Assembly: GCA_031368215.1 (NCBI GenBank)
Contig: JANLRD010000086.1
Location: forward strand, 16-64,015
Direction: 5' to 3'
Length of the DNA: 64,000 nt
From: Acidimicrobiia bacterium
GTDB taxonomy: Bacteria; Actinomycetota; Acidimicrobiia; Acidimicrobiales; JANYDT01
The notes under the pieces were generated by a model that ran no database searches, was not told where the DNA came from, and saw only the letters and a program-made list of their open reading frames with translations. The translations under genes were made by a program, and so were the position numbers. This document shows positions 34,982 to 44,961 of this stretch, piece after piece. How positions within the stretch are numbered: position 1 is the first letter of the stretch; each line of letters starts with the position of its first letter.

Positions 34982-37750
34982 GTGCCTTCCTCCCAGCGGA
35001 CTTCCCCACGCTCGGGCGGCTCGACGAAGCGACGCTCCGCGTCGTCTTCTCGGGGACGCTCAACCACGTCGACGCGCGCCCGGCGAGCCCTGTCGCGGCC
35101 GAGCACGTTCGGTCAGACCAGGGAGTTCCTGGGCACCCACCTCGGTCGTCAGGCCGATGACGTGTGGGGCCTGGTCCTTCTCGTGGTCGGCGTTCTCACC
35201 GGACTCGGCATGTTCTTCGGGCTCACGGGCATCTTCGGGGAGGTCGTCCGCAGCGGCGCTGGCGCCGTGCTCGGACAGGCAAAACTGCTGGTCCCGATGG
35301 CTTTGATCGCGGTCGGCTACGTCTTGGTGCGGGGCCGCCCCCGGGAGGAACCGGTCCGGGTCGCCATCGGTTCGCTGTTTCTGACCCTTTCAGTGGCTGG
35401 CCTGCTCCACGTGCGCGCCGACGACGCCGGATTCGGTTCGCCGCTGCGGACCCTGCGTGGGGCCGGCGGGTACGTCGGCCTGGTCGTAGCCGAACCGTTG
35501 ACCCGGATCGTGGCGACATGGGGAGCGGTCATCGTCCTGTGCGTCCTGGGTCTTCTCGGCGCGCTGATCCTGGTCCGGCTCCGCGTTCGAGACGCCGTGA
35601 ACCGGACCGCCGACGGCATGCGTCCGGTCGGCGTAGCGACGCTCCGCGGCATCTCGTCGCTGTTCACGCTCACGTTGGCGTCCGAACGCGAGGAACGCTC
35701 TTCCGCACGCGATCGTCATCCCACGTCTCCGGCGCGCATCTCGATGCGCGAGCGGCGCCTCACCCATCCCGGTTCCGGTGCCCTCCGGCGTGATCCGAAG
35801 TCCGCCGGCGACTACTTCCAGCCCGGCTACGACGACCTGATGAACGAAGCGCCCGACACTGTCGAAGACGTCGTCGAACCGGTGAAGCCCAAGCGGGTGC
35901 GCAAGAAGTCGGCAGCAGAACCGGTGATCGATCTGGCCGCGGCGGAAGATGCCGCCGTGGAGGCCGCGACCCCGAAGCCGGTCGAAGTCACCCTTCCACC
36001 GGAGCCGGTCTGGACCGACGAACAGCCGGTGGTCGCGGCCGTACCGCTGCCCGGGCTCGGGCCCAAGGCGAAGCCCGCGGTGGTGTGGAAGCTTCCGCCG
36101 AGCGCACTGCTCAAGAAGGGCAAGGCCGTCGAGATCGACAAGCGGGCCGTCGAGTTGGCCGGTCGTGTGCTTGAAGAGGCTCTTGCCGCCCACGGGGTGG
36201 AGACACGTCTGATCGGGATGACGGTGGGCCCCACGGTCACGCGTTACGAACTCGAGCTCGGACCCGGGGTGAAGGTGGCCAAGGTCACGGCGCTCCACAA
36301 GGACATCGCCTACGCGATGGCCACCGCTGACGTTCGCATCCTGGCACCGATCCCCGGCAAGTCGGCCATCGGCGTCGAAGTCGCGAACAAGCAACGCCAG
36401 TTGGTGGCCGTCGGTGACGTGCTCTTCACCCCGGAAGCCCGAAAGGCCGTAAGTCCGCTTACGGTCGCTATCGGTCGCGACATCGACGGCCGGCCGGTCA
36501 CGGTCGACCTCGGCAAGATGCCGCACGTGCTGGTGGCCGGCACGACCGGGTCGGGCAAGTCGAGCTGCATCAACTCGCTCCTCACCTCGATCCTCATGCG
36601 GGCCACGCCCGATGAGGTGCGCATGATCCTCATCGACCCCAAGATGGTGGAGCTCTCGCAGTACAACGGGCTCCCGCATCTCTTGACGGCGGTTGTCACG
36701 AACCCCAAGAAGGCGTCGAACGCCTTAGCGTGGGCGGTCGACGAGATGGAGCGCCGCTACGAGATGCTGGCGCGTCTTCGCTTCCGCGACATCGGCGGCT
36801 ACAACGACGCGGTGGCACGCGGTGATCTCGACGATCCGTATGCCGACGACCCGGCCGGTGGGATCGGGCTTCCACCGGTCAAGCACGAGAAGCTCAGCTA
36901 CATCCTCGTGGTCGTCGACGAGCTCGCCGACCTGATGATGGTTGCGGCGCGAGATGTCGAAGAGGCGATCTGCCGCATTGCCCAGAAGGCGCGTGCCGTC
37001 GGCATCCACCTGGTGATCGCTACTCAGCGCCCATCAGTCAACGTGATCACCGGTCTGATCAAGGCGAACGTGCCGTCGCGTTTCGCGTTCGCCGTGTCCT
37101 CGCTGACCGACTCGCGGGTCATCATCGATCAGCCGGGTGCCGAGCGACTCATCGGGCAGGGCGACATGCTGATGCTCACGGTTTCCTCGAACGTCGCGAC
37201 GCGTGTGCAGGGGAACTTCGTCAGCGAGGAAGAAGTCCGCGGCATCGTGAACTTCTGGAACCGCCAGGGCAAACAGGTCGCCGAGTCGCGGCCCTCGTCT
37301 GCTCCGGCGATCGACGCCGACGACGACATGGGGGCGAAGGAGTACACGTCCGGTTTCGTCGGTCAGCGTTCTCCCGGACCTCTGCTCGAACCCTCGTCGG
37401 ATCCCGTCTTCGGCTCATCGGGTGTCGTGTCGGGCCCGGGCGCGCCGTCGGCGTTCAGCTACGGCGGAGTCGGGGAGCTCAGCGGCAGTCCTCTCACGTC
37501 AGCGGGTACCGACGGTGGCGACGAGGACGACGACGACCTCTTCGACGCAGCAATGGACCTCGTCGTGCGGAGTCAGTTCGGGTCCACCTCGATGCTGCAG
37601 CGCAAGCTGCGGGTCGGCTTTTCGCGCGCCGGCCGTCTGATGGACCTTCTCGAGACTCGCGGCGTTGTCGGGCCGACAACCGGCTCGAAGGCCCGCGAGG
37701 TGCTGATGACGGTCGAAGAGCTCGAAGCGCTGCGCCCGCGGCCGCAGTAG
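34982..37750 (+). CDS. ftsK: DNA translocase FtsK
   Basis: N-terminal TM domain, a Pro-rich linker, the motor domain (VAGTTGSGKSSCINSLL, VVVDELADLMM, ATQRPSV) and a gamma winged helix (STSMLQRKLRVGFSRAGRLMDLLE). The longest ORF starts at 34853 inside an inverted-repeat region, so GTG 34982 was preferred. Start uncertain. Confidence 0.93.
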   Translation: MPSSQRTSPRSGGSTKRRSASSSRGRSTTSTRARRALSRPSTFGQTREFLGTHLGRQADDVWGLVLLVVGVLTGLGMFFGLTGIFGEVVRSGAGAVLGQAKLLVPMALIAVGYVLVRGRPREEPVRVAIGSLFLTLSVAGLLHVRADDAGFGSPLRTLRGAGGYVGLVVAEPLTRIVATWGAVIVLCVLGLLGALILVRLRVRDAVNRTADGMRPVGVATLRGISSLFTLTLASEREERSSARDRHPTSPARISMRERRLTHPGSGALRRDPKSAGDYFQPGYDDLMNEAPDTVEDVVEPVKPKRVRKKSAAEPVIDLAAAEDAAVEAATPKPVEVTLPPEPVWTDEQPVVAAVPLPGLGPKAKPAVVWKLPPSALLKKGKAVEIDKRAVELAGRVLEEALAAHGVETRLIGMTVGPTVTRYELELGPGVKVAKVTALHKDIAYAMATADVRILAPIPGKSAIGVEVANKQRQLVAVGDVLFTPEARKAVSPLTVAIGRDIDGRPVTVDLGKMPHVLVAGTTGSGKSSCINSLLTSILMRATPDEVRMILIDPKMVELSQYNGLPHLLTAVVTNPKKASNALAWAVDEMERRYEMLARLRFRDIGGYNDAVARGDLDDPYADDPAGGIGLPPVKHEKLSYILVVVDELADLMMVAARDVEEAICRIAQKARAVGIHLVIATQRPSVNVITGLIKANVPSRFAFAVSSLTDSRVIIDQPGAERLIGQGDMLMLTVSSNVATRVQGNFVSEEEVRGIVNFWNRQGKQVAESRPSSAPAIDADDDMGAKEYTSGFVGQRSPGPLLEPSSDPVFGSSGVVSGPGAPSAFSYGGVGELSGSPLTSAGTDGGDEDDDDLFDAAMDLVVRSQFGSTSMLQRKLRVGFSRAGRLMDLLETRGVVGPTTGSKAREVLMTVEELEALRPRPQ

Positions 37751-37759
37751 AGCGACGCC

Positions 37760-38617
37760 GTGCACGCTCGGGTACCGGCATCTTCGGCCAACCTCGGTCC
37801 AGGCTTTGACACCCTCGGTGTCGCTCTCGAACTGTGGACCGAGGTCACGGTCACGCCATCGGACCGGCTCCACCTCACGGTGACCGGCGAAGGCTCGTCG
37901 TTTCCGCTCAACAGCAATCACTTCGCCGCCAAGCTCGCCCGTCAGGTGCTCGGCCACGACCGTCTCCGCATCGACATCACGAGCGAGGTGCCGGTGGCGC
38001 GTGGCCTGGGTTCCTCCGCGGCACTCGGCGTCGGCATCGTCGCGGCGTGCGGACATCCGGACCCGTTGAGCTTCATCGGATTGCTCGAGGGCCATGCCGA
38101 CAATGCGGCAGCGTGCGTACTCGGCGGCTTCGTCACCGGCGCGATCATCGATGGGCGTGTGGTCGCCAGCCGCCTCCCGCTCGACCCGGCATTGACCTTC
38201 GTCGTGGTCATTCCGGAACGGCATCTCTCGACCAAGGATGCGCGCCAGGCACTTCCCGACCACGTGCCCCTGCCCGACGCCGTGTTCAACCTCTCTCGGA
38301 TGGGGGCACTGATCGCTGGTTTCGCCGACCATCGCCGGTTGGTGCGAGGGGCGTTCGACGATCGCCTGCACCAAGCGCAGAGGGCGCCGCTGTTCCCCGA
38401 GTCGGGCCGGATTCTGACTTCCCTGGTCGACGCCGGTGCGTTCGGGGCAACCTGGTCGGGCGCGGGCCCCACGCTGCTTGCCACCTGTCACGTCGACGTC
38501 GCGTCGGTGGTCCGCGACGTCGGGGCGACAGCACTGCTCGACGCCGGGGTGCCGGGCCGATCGCTCGTCGTCGCTCCGGACCGGGTCGGGCTCGTGCTGA
38601 CGCGCGAGAACCGATGA
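37760..38617 (+). CDS. thrB: Homoserine kinase
   Basis: GTG start. PASSANLGPGFD, the GHMP motif PVARGLGSSAA and EGHADNAAACVLGG. Confidence 0.9.
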   Translation: MHARVPASSANLGPGFDTLGVALELWTEVTVTPSDRLHLTVTGEGSSFPLNSNHFAAKLARQVLGHDRLRIDITSEVPVARGLGSSAALGVGIVAACGHPDPLSFIGLLEGHADNAAACVLGGFVTGAIIDGRVVASRLPLDPALTFVVVIPERHLSTKDARQALPDHVPLPDAVFNLSRMGALIAGFADHRRLVRGAFDDRLHQAQRAPLFPESGRILTSLVDAGAFGATWSGAGPTLLATCHVDVASVVRDVGATALLDAGVPGRSLVVAPDRVGLVLTRENR

Positions 38618-39414
38618 GCGGTTTGTCGTTCCGCTCTCCGCGCGGGCGACGGGCCATGCGGGTCGGGCTCGGCACGTTCGTGGCTGCCCTGGCATCGGTT
38701 GGCGCCCTTCCCCTTCGCCCGGCCGACGCCGAGGTCGGACCGGACCGGGCAGAGCTCATCGCGCGGCTCGTGTCGGCGTATCCCGTCACTGTGGGAGTGG
38801 GTGCGGGGGGCCAACTCGTGGTTCGCGGTCGCACGATTCCCGTTGCCGAAGCGCGTACCGCGGGCACGGTCCAGGACCGGATGTCGATGGCCACGATGGG
38901 CGACCAGTTTTCGATCCCGTATCCGCGGGGTTGCCCGTTGCGGACCCCGGGCAACGACGAGGACCCCGGCCGACTCCGCAATGAGCCGTTCTTCCGGGCC
39001 ATGTACGGAGGCTCGCGGACCGAAGTGGCGAAGACTCTCAGGTCGGTGAAGTGGTTCGGCTCGACCCTCCAGGCGACAACCACGAACGACGTCGACAAGC
39101 GTCTTGTCGCCGTGGCTGCTGAGCTCGCTCAGCGACCCGACCTCGCCCGATATCTCTCCAGGCCGGGTGGTGGCTTCAACTGGCGCAAGATCGCCGGAGA
39201 GAACATCTTAAGCACGCATAGCTTTGGTATCGCATTCGACATCAACGTGGCGTTCTCCGACTACTGGCGGTGGAGCGGTGGGGTGAGGGCGTACCGGAAC
39301 CGGATCCCGTGCGAGATCGGCGAAGTGTTCGAGCGCCACGGGTTCATCTGGGGGGCGAAGTGGTTCCACTTCGACACCATGCACTTCGAGTACCGACCCG
39401 AGCTCCTTGCCTGA
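38614..39414 (+). CDS. Secreted M15-family metallopeptidase (D-Ala-D-Ala carboxypeptidase-like)
   Basis: The ATG overlaps the thrB stop (ATGA). Has a signal peptide. STHSFGIAFDI and GFIWGAKWFHFDTMHFEY match the M15/VanY-type Zn peptidase core. Confidence 0.8.
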   Translation: MSGLSFRSPRGRRAMRVGLGTFVAALASVGALPLRPADAEVGPDRAELIARLVSAYPVTVGVGAGGQLVVRGRTIPVAEARTAGTVQDRMSMATMGDQFSIPYPRGCPLRTPGNDEDPGRLRNEPFFRAMYGGSRTEVAKTLRSVKWFGSTLQATTTNDVDKRLVAVAAELAQRPDLARYLSRPGGGFNWRKIAGENILSTHSFGIAFDINVAFSDYWRWSGGVRAYRNRIPCEIGEVFERHGFIWGAKWFHFDTMHFEYRPELLA

Positions 39415-39464
39415 TCCGACACCGAGGTGGGTTGTTGCCGCCCGGGCTCGCTAGCCTCCCCGTC

Positions 39465-40430
39465 ATGAGCGACGATGTGCAGCTGCACGACTACGAGGTC
39501 CTTGCCGAAGGGCTGCGCTTTCCCGAGGGGCCGGTGTGGTGCCCGGACGGTTCGGTGCTCTTCGTCGAGATAGCGCGCGAACGCCTCGCCCGCGTGCGGC
39601 CCCTTCGCGGTGGCGGCTGGTCGGCGCCGGAGACGGTCGCCGACATACCCGGGGGCCCGAACGGCGCCGCGCTCGGCCCGACGGGCGAGGTCTACATCTG
39701 CAACAACGGGGGCTGCTTCGAATGGATCGCACGGGGGTCCGCTGTCTTCCCGGGATCCCGGCCCGACTCGTATGCGGGAGGGTCGGTGCAGCGGGTCGAT
39801 CCGCTCAGCGGTTCGGTCGAGACGCTGTACACCACGAGTACCGCAGCCGACGGCTCGACTGTGGCGTTGCGGGCACCGAACGATCTGGTGCTCGACGGAT
39901 ATGGTGGCGTGTGGTTCACCGATCACGGCACCCGTGGCCCCCGGGAAGAAGATCGAACCGGGATTCACTACGCGCGCCTCGACGGCTCCTCGTGTCGAGA
40001 GATGGTTTTTCCGACGGAGCATCCGAACGGCATCGGTCTGTCGCCGAACGGCGACACGGTGTACTGGGCCGAGACCCATACCGGGCGGGTGTTCGCCCGA
40101 TCGATCATCGAACCGGGCGTGCTCGGACCGGCCGGCCCGTACCGCGGCTGCCTTGCCGGGCTGCCCGGCTTCCAATTGCTCGATTCGCTCGCGGTCGACG
40201 GCGAAGGGAACGTCTGCGTCGCCACACTGATGCGAGGCGGGATCACCGTGGTGTCAACGTCCGGTTCGTTCCATCATGTGGCCATGCCTGAGCCCGCCAA
40301 CGATTCGATGACGACCAACATCGCCTTCGGTGGTCCGGAGTTCCGCACGGCGTTCATCACCCTGTCCTCGTCGGGCCGCCTGATCGCAGTGCCCTGGCCG
40401 ACTCCGGGGCTACGCCTTGTCGGACAATGA
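39465..40430 (+). CDS. SMP-30/gluconolactonase/LRE family protein
   Basis: ORF 39270-40430 trimmed to ATG 39465. EGLRFPEGPVW, PNDLVLDGYGGVWFTD and PNGIGLSPNGDTVYWAET are beta-propeller lactonase motifs. Confidence 0.85.
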   Translation: MSDDVQLHDYEVLAEGLRFPEGPVWCPDGSVLFVEIARERLARVRPLRGGGWSAPETVADIPGGPNGAALGPTGEVYICNNGGCFEWIARGSAVFPGSRPDSYAGGSVQRVDPLSGSVETLYTTSTAADGSTVALRAPNDLVLDGYGGVWFTDHGTRGPREEDRTGIHYARLDGSSCREMVFPTEHPNGIGLSPNGDTVYWAETHTGRVFARSIIEPGVLGPAGPYRGCLAGLPGFQLLDSLAVDGEGNVCVATLMRGGITVVSTSGSFHHVAMPEPANDSMTTNIAFGGPEFRTAFITLSSSGRLIAVPWPTPGLRLVGQ

Positions 40431-40443
40431 AAGGATCATACGT

Positions 40444-41019
40444 ATGCGTATGATCGCGGTGGTCGTCAGCTCGATCGACGGGTACATCACCAAACACGAC
40501 ACCGGCGCTACCTCCTGGGCATCGGCCGAGGATCAGAAGCACTTCTTCGGGTTCCTGCGTTCATGCGATGTCTCTGTCATGGGTGGCGAGACATACCGCG
40601 CCAGCCGCGCCGCGATCCGTTCGGAGGTCATTGCGCGTCGGGACCGAGAGGCCGCAGAAGGCGAGCGTCCTCGCCGGCGGATCATCTGGACACGTGCTCC
40701 TCAGTCCTACGAAGCCGATGCCGTCCCCGGTCTCCTCGAATTCACCAGCGAACCACTCGATGCGATCGTGTCCCGGCTCCGTGACGATGGCCATCAGCGC
40801 TGCGCGGTGCTCGGCGGAGGCGAGGTGTACGGGGCGTTGCTTGCCGCTGACCTCGTCGACGAGATTCTGCTCACCCTCGAACCGGTTGCATTCGGCACCG
40901 GCGTGCGGCACACGGGTAATGGCCATATCGTCACCGCGCGCTTCTCACTGGCCGCTGTCGAGCGGTTGAACACCGACACCCTGCTCCTCACTTACGGGCG
41001 TCCCGCGCTGCCGGGCTGA
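40444..41019 (+). CDS. RibD C-terminal domain / dihydrofolate-reductase-family protein
   Basis: RBS AAAGGA lies 10 nt before ATG 40444. MRMIAVVVSSIDGYIT, SVMGGETY and VLGGGEVYGALLAADLVDEILLTLEPV are the family pattern. Confidence 0.8.
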   Translation: MRMIAVVVSSIDGYITKHDTGATSWASAEDQKHFFGFLRSCDVSVMGGETYRASRAAIRSEVIARRDREAAEGERPRRRIIWTRAPQSYEADAVPGLLEFTSEPLDAIVSRLRDDGHQRCAVLGGGEVYGALLAADLVDEILLTLEPVAFGTGVRHTGNGHIVTARFSLAAVERLNTDTLLLTYGRPALPG

Positions 41020-41025
41020 CCGACC

Positions 41026-41931
41026 TCAGTCGAAGCGGGTCGTGATGACCCGGCCCCGCCGTTCGTCGGCCGATGGTGCGAGGCTGCTGACGACGAACGT
41101 CCGCTGGAGCCATCGGTCGGTTCCGTCGAAGCGGGCGGTGAAGGGACTGCGTCCGTGCACTGCCCGATAATTGTCGACGATCAGCAGGTCGCCGGCCTCG
41201 AGGGTGACTGCAGTGCGGGCGCGTCCGATCGCTTCATTCACTTCGGCAATCGCCGTTTCGGCTCGTGCGTCCGTGCCGAAGGTGAGTTCGCCGTCGAACG
41301 TGAGCATGGGGGTTCCGTCGGCCGCTTCTTCGATCACCGGCGAAGGTCTCGTGACCCACGCCGAACCCGCGCCGAAGGACTCGTCCACACCGCACCGGAA
41401 GCGCGGTTGACGCAGGATGTCGACAGTTGCCGCTGGGAGGAGGGCAAGGATGTCGTCGACCGAACACAGCGTCGTCGCCGCGGCACGGTCCCCGCGCAAA
41501 CAGAGCAGGAGAAGGAATCTCGGCTTGTGGGGGTGGAAGGCGGTCTCGGTGTGGAACGCCAATTCGACGCCCGAGGACGTGGAGAGTTGGCGTCCGACCG
41601 ATGCTGCGAGCGGATAGAGGTCCTGCACGATGTCGCCACCGTGCTCCTGGGCGAAGCCGACCGGCTCACCGAGGCGCATCGCGGCGCCGAGGAGTGACCG
41701 CTCGCTGATCCGGTCGGGCTTGTGCACTCCCTGCCCGGTCAGCGGTGTGGCGGGGACGTCGCCGATCTGGAAGCCTGGAACGAGCACCGCGCCCCGGTGC
41801 GTGCTGTTGTGCATGACCGCCACCGCCGCGTCGAGCGCAGAGGAGTGCGACGCCGCCTCGGCGGCGCGCAGGAACCGATCGGAGGCCAGAGTGTCGTGAA
41901 ATTCGTCCGTGGCCGGGAAGAATGTACCCAT
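41026..41931 (-). CDS. Clavaminate-synthase-like Fe(II)/2-oxoglutarate dioxygenase (VioC/AsnO-type amino-acid hydroxylase family)
   Basis: HTETAFHPHKPRFLLLLCLRG (the HxE facial-triad part) and VDNYRAVHGRSPFTARFDGTDRWLQR (distal His and Arg) match the TauD/CAS-like amino-acid beta-hydroxylase pattern. Substrate unknown. Confidence 0.75.
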   Translation of the reverse strand: MGTFFPATDEFHDTLASDRFLRAAEAASHSSALDAAVAVMHNSTHRGAVLVPGFQIGDVPATPLTGQGVHKPDRISERSLLGAAMRLGEPVGFAQEHGGDIVQDLYPLAASVGRQLSTSSGVELAFHTETAFHPHKPRFLLLLCLRGDRAAATTLCSVDDILALLPAATVDILRQPRFRCGVDESFGAGSAWVTRPSPVIEEAADGTPMLTFDGELTFGTDARAETAIAEVNEAIGRARTAVTLEAGDLLIVDNYRAVHGRSPFTARFDGTDRWLQRTFVVSSLAPSADERRGRVITTRFD

Positions 41932-42005
41932 GCCGTCTATGGTACATGTGTTCCTGAATCAGTCAATAGTGGAACGAACATTCCTAGTCCATCGCTTCTC
42001 GCAGC

Positions 42006-42842
42006 TCAGTCGTCGGTCAACGTGCGGAGCTCGGTCCAGGTGGTTTCCAGTCGGTCGAGGTGTTCGGTGGCAGCCTCTCCACGTCGGGCCACGGCAGCGG
42101 CCACCAGAAGGTTCGTCACCGCCAGCATCGCGACGAAGCTGTCGAACGGCCCCGGCCCTTCGCACGAGACGGTGAAGGTGTGTGCGGCCGTCTGGGCGAT
42201 CCTGGCGAGGGGCGAGTCGGTCAAGGCGATGACGGGCGCTCCATTCGACGACGCGTGGCTGGCCACTTCGAGCACGGCGTTTTCGTATCGCGCAACGTCG
42301 AGAACCACCAGTACGTCGCGCTTGCCGAGCCACGCCACCGACCTCACGAGCGACGCTGTGGCGCCTGTTGCGTGCGCGACGTCGGGTCGGACCATCGACA
42401 GTTGGGACACGAAGTCTGCCGCCACACCTGATGTTGCGTCGCTCGCGACAACGGCGACGCGGTCGGCCTTCAGTAGCAGATCGGCCGCGCGTCGGAGTGT
42501 TCTCGGCTCGATATCCCCGAGACTCGTCTGCAGGTTCGCGATCTCGACGGCGAGCGAGCGATCGCGTGGGTCCGACCCAACTAGACCCCGGCGCGCTCGC
42601 TCCGCAGCGGGGCGGAGTTGTCGGGCCAGCTCGTCGCGTGCTGCGTCCTGGAGTTCACGAAAGCCACGGAACCCGATCTTGGCGGCGAGGCGCATCACGG
42701 TGGCGCCGCCGGTCCGGGCCTGCGCGGCGATCTCGGCGACGGTGCCGAACGCCGCCGTGTTCGGGTCCTTCGCCATCACGTCGGCGACCCGCCGCTCGGC
42801 CCCGGTGAGCTCTGCCTGACGGAGCCGTTCGATCAGGGTCAC
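42006..42842 (-). CDS. MurR/RpiR family transcriptional regulator (HTH_6 plus SIS domain)
   Basis: GTG start. N-terminal HTH (LTGAERRVADVM...VAEIAAQARTGGATVMRLAAKIGFRGFRELQ) and a C-terminal SIS phosphosugar-binding domain. Confidence 0.88.
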   Translation of the reverse strand: MTLIERLRQAELTGAERRVADVMAKDPNTAAFGTVAEIAAQARTGGATVMRLAAKIGFRGFRELQDAARDELARQLRPAAERARRGLVGSDPRDRSLAVEIANLQTSLGDIEPRTLRRAADLLLKADRVAVVASDATSGVAADFVSQLSMVRPDVAHATGATASLVRSVAWLGKRDVLVVLDVARYENAVLEVASHASSNGAPVIALTDSPLARIAQTAAHTFTVSCEGPGPFDSFVAMLAVTNLLVAAAVARRGEAATEHLDRLETTWTELRTLTDD

Positions 42843-43024
42843 CGGCCCAGTATGCCCCCAGCAGGGAAACCCGACGTGGTCGGCCCTCAGAGGGAGCGGA
42901 AGTCGGAGTCCACGATCACGTTCGCGTGTTCGTCGCGAGAATCGTTCGGGTCGCCGACGGAGATGCGCGGGCCGATCCGACCCGTCGAACGGAAGCGAGG
43001 CGGGGACGGGTAGCGTGGACCATC

Positions 43025-44380
43025 GTGTCGGGACGGTTCTGGATTGAGACGCTCGGCTGCCCGAAGAATCAGGTTGATTCCGACAAGCTGACAGGGAAGC
43101 TCCTGGCCGACGGCATGGAACCGGCCAGTTCGGCGGGCGACGCTGATCTTGTGCTCGTCAATACCTGCGCCTTCATCGAGTCGGCCCGGCAGGAGTCGAT
43201 CGACGTGACGCTCGCGCTCGCGGATGGTCGCAAGGCGGGGGCACGGGTCGTCGTCACGGGTTGCATGGCTGAGCGGTACGGCAACGAACTGGCGCTGGCG
43301 CTTCCCGAGGTCGACCGCGTCGTCGGATTCGGCGGCGCGATCCACGACCACGACCACGACGACGAACACGAACACGACCATCTGACGCAAACGCCGATGG
43401 CCGGTTCCACGGGGGTGCCGGTCGTGCTCGGGCGTACCCGTTCGGGGCCGACGGTCCCGGCCTTCGATCTTCTGAACCTGCCGCGGCCCAAGTCGGCCGC
43501 TCCGTGGGCCTACGTCAAGATCGCCGAGGGGTGCGACCGTACCTGCGGCTTCTGTGCGATCCCGTCGTTCCGGGGGCCGCAGCGCAGCCGTGACATCGCC
43601 CAGATCCTCGACGAGGTCGATGCCCTCGACGTCCAAGAGGTTGTGCTGGTGGCCCAGGACCTCGCGTCCTATGGCAAGGACCGGCCGGGTGAGTTGGGGG
43701 CCGGCTCGATCGTCGGCCTCGTCGAGGCGGTCGCCACGCGTGTCAGGCGAACCCGGCTGCTCTACCTGTATCCAAGCGATCTTTCCGACGCCCTGATCGA
43801 TGTCATCTGTTCGCGGACGAATGTTCCCTACTTCGATTTGTCGTTGCAGCACGTGTCGAAGCCACTGCTCCGACGAATGCGACGATGGGGAGACGGTGAC
43901 CGCTTCCTGCGCCGTATCGAGGACATCCGTCGGCGGGAGCCGTCAGCTGCGTTCCGGTCGAACTTCATCGTCGGCTATCCGGGGGAGACCGAGGAGGACC
44001 ACGACCAACTTCTCTCCTTTATACGTGACGCCCGACTCGACTGGTGCGGCTTCTTCTCCTACTCACCCGAAGAAGGTACGTACGCCTACGATCTCCCCGG
44101 CCGAGTCTCTGCATCGCTGATGAGTGAGCGACTGGATGAACTGACCGAACTTCAGGACACGATCACCGCGCAGTCCCGTGACGCGCTCATCGGTACGGAC
44201 GTCGAGGTGCTCGTCGACCGTCCCGGAATCGGGCGATCCGTCCGCGAGGCGCCGGAGATCGACGGCGAGGTCCACATACCGATGGGACTTGGGGTCGGGG
44301 AGTTCCACACGGTTCACGTCATCGGCGCCGAGGGCCCCGATCTCCATGCGATCGTGCCCACATTCGCGGTTCGCCGCTGA
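43025..44380 (+). CDS. rimO: Ribosomal protein S12 methylthiotransferase RimO
   Basis: FWIETLGCPKNQVDS (UPF0004 domain), the radical-SAM motif CDRTCGFCAIP and a C-terminal TRAM domain. Contains an unusual HDHDHDDEHEHDH insert (43340-43384). GTG 43025 was preferred over ORF start 42926. Confidence 0.9.
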   Translation: MSGRFWIETLGCPKNQVDSDKLTGKLLADGMEPASSAGDADLVLVNTCAFIESARQESIDVTLALADGRKAGARVVVTGCMAERYGNELALALPEVDRVVGFGGAIHDHDHDDEHEHDHLTQTPMAGSTGVPVVLGRTRSGPTVPAFDLLNLPRPKSAAPWAYVKIAEGCDRTCGFCAIPSFRGPQRSRDIAQILDEVDALDVQEVVLVAQDLASYGKDRPGELGAGSIVGLVEAVATRVRRTRLLYLYPSDLSDALIDVICSRTNVPYFDLSLQHVSKPLLRRMRRWGDGDRFLRRIEDIRRREPSAAFRSNFIVGYPGETEEDHDQLLSFIRDARLDWCGFFSYSPEEGTYAYDLPGRVSASLMSERLDELTELQDTITAQSRDALIGTDVEVLVDRPGIGRSVREAPEIDGEVHIPMGLGVGEFHTVHVIGAEGPDLHAIVPTFAVRR

Positions 44381-44388
44381 GTCCGCCG

Positions 44389-44952
44389 ATGGCCGCCACG
44401 CGTACCCCTCGCTTCGACCCCGGAGCGTTCGTCACCCCGGCGAACGCCCTGACTGTCGTGCGCATGATGCTCACACCCGTGGTGCTGGTGCTCATCGCCT
44501 CGTTGCGCTTCGACCTCGGCACCTTCGCGCTGTGGGCCGTTCTTTGCTGGACCGACTACTTCGATGGCATCCTCGCCCGTCGTTTCGGCACCACCCGATC
44601 GGGTGCCTTCCTCGATCCTCTCGCCGACAAGTTCATGACGTTGGGCGCCATGGCCGTGCTCGTCGTGAAGGGCGTGTACTTCTGGCCGTGGGTCGCCCTC
44701 ACGGCGATCCGTGAGGTAGCGATCACGCTGTACCGCTCGTTCGTCGGCACGAAAGGCATCTCGGTCCCGGCGCGTCTGTCGGCCAAGTGGAAGACCTTCG
44801 CCCAGCAGAGCGCCGTTGGCTTCTCCATCATGCCGTGGGTCGGCGAGCACGCAGCCTGGCTGGGCCACACGCTGCTCGTGATCAGCGTCGTACTCACCCT
44901 GGTCAGCGGGGGCCAGTACCTCGTCGCAGCCCGAAAGGTCCAGCCGGCTTGA
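44389..44952 (+). CDS. pgsA: CDP-diacylglycerol--glycerol-3-phosphate 3-phosphatidyltransferase
   Basis: 187 aa. CDP-alcohol phosphotransferase motif DYFDGILARRFGTTRSGAFLDPLADK. Confidence 0.9.
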   Translation: MAATRTPRFDPGAFVTPANALTVVRMMLTPVVLVLIASLRFDLGTFALWAVLCWTDYFDGILARRFGTTRSGAFLDPLADKFMTLGAMAVLVVKGVYFWPWVALTAIREVAITLYRSFVGTKGISVPARLSAKWKTFAQQSAVGFSIMPWVGEHAAWLGHTLLVISVVLTLVSGGQYLVAARKVQPA

Positions 44953-44961
44953 CCCGCGGCC

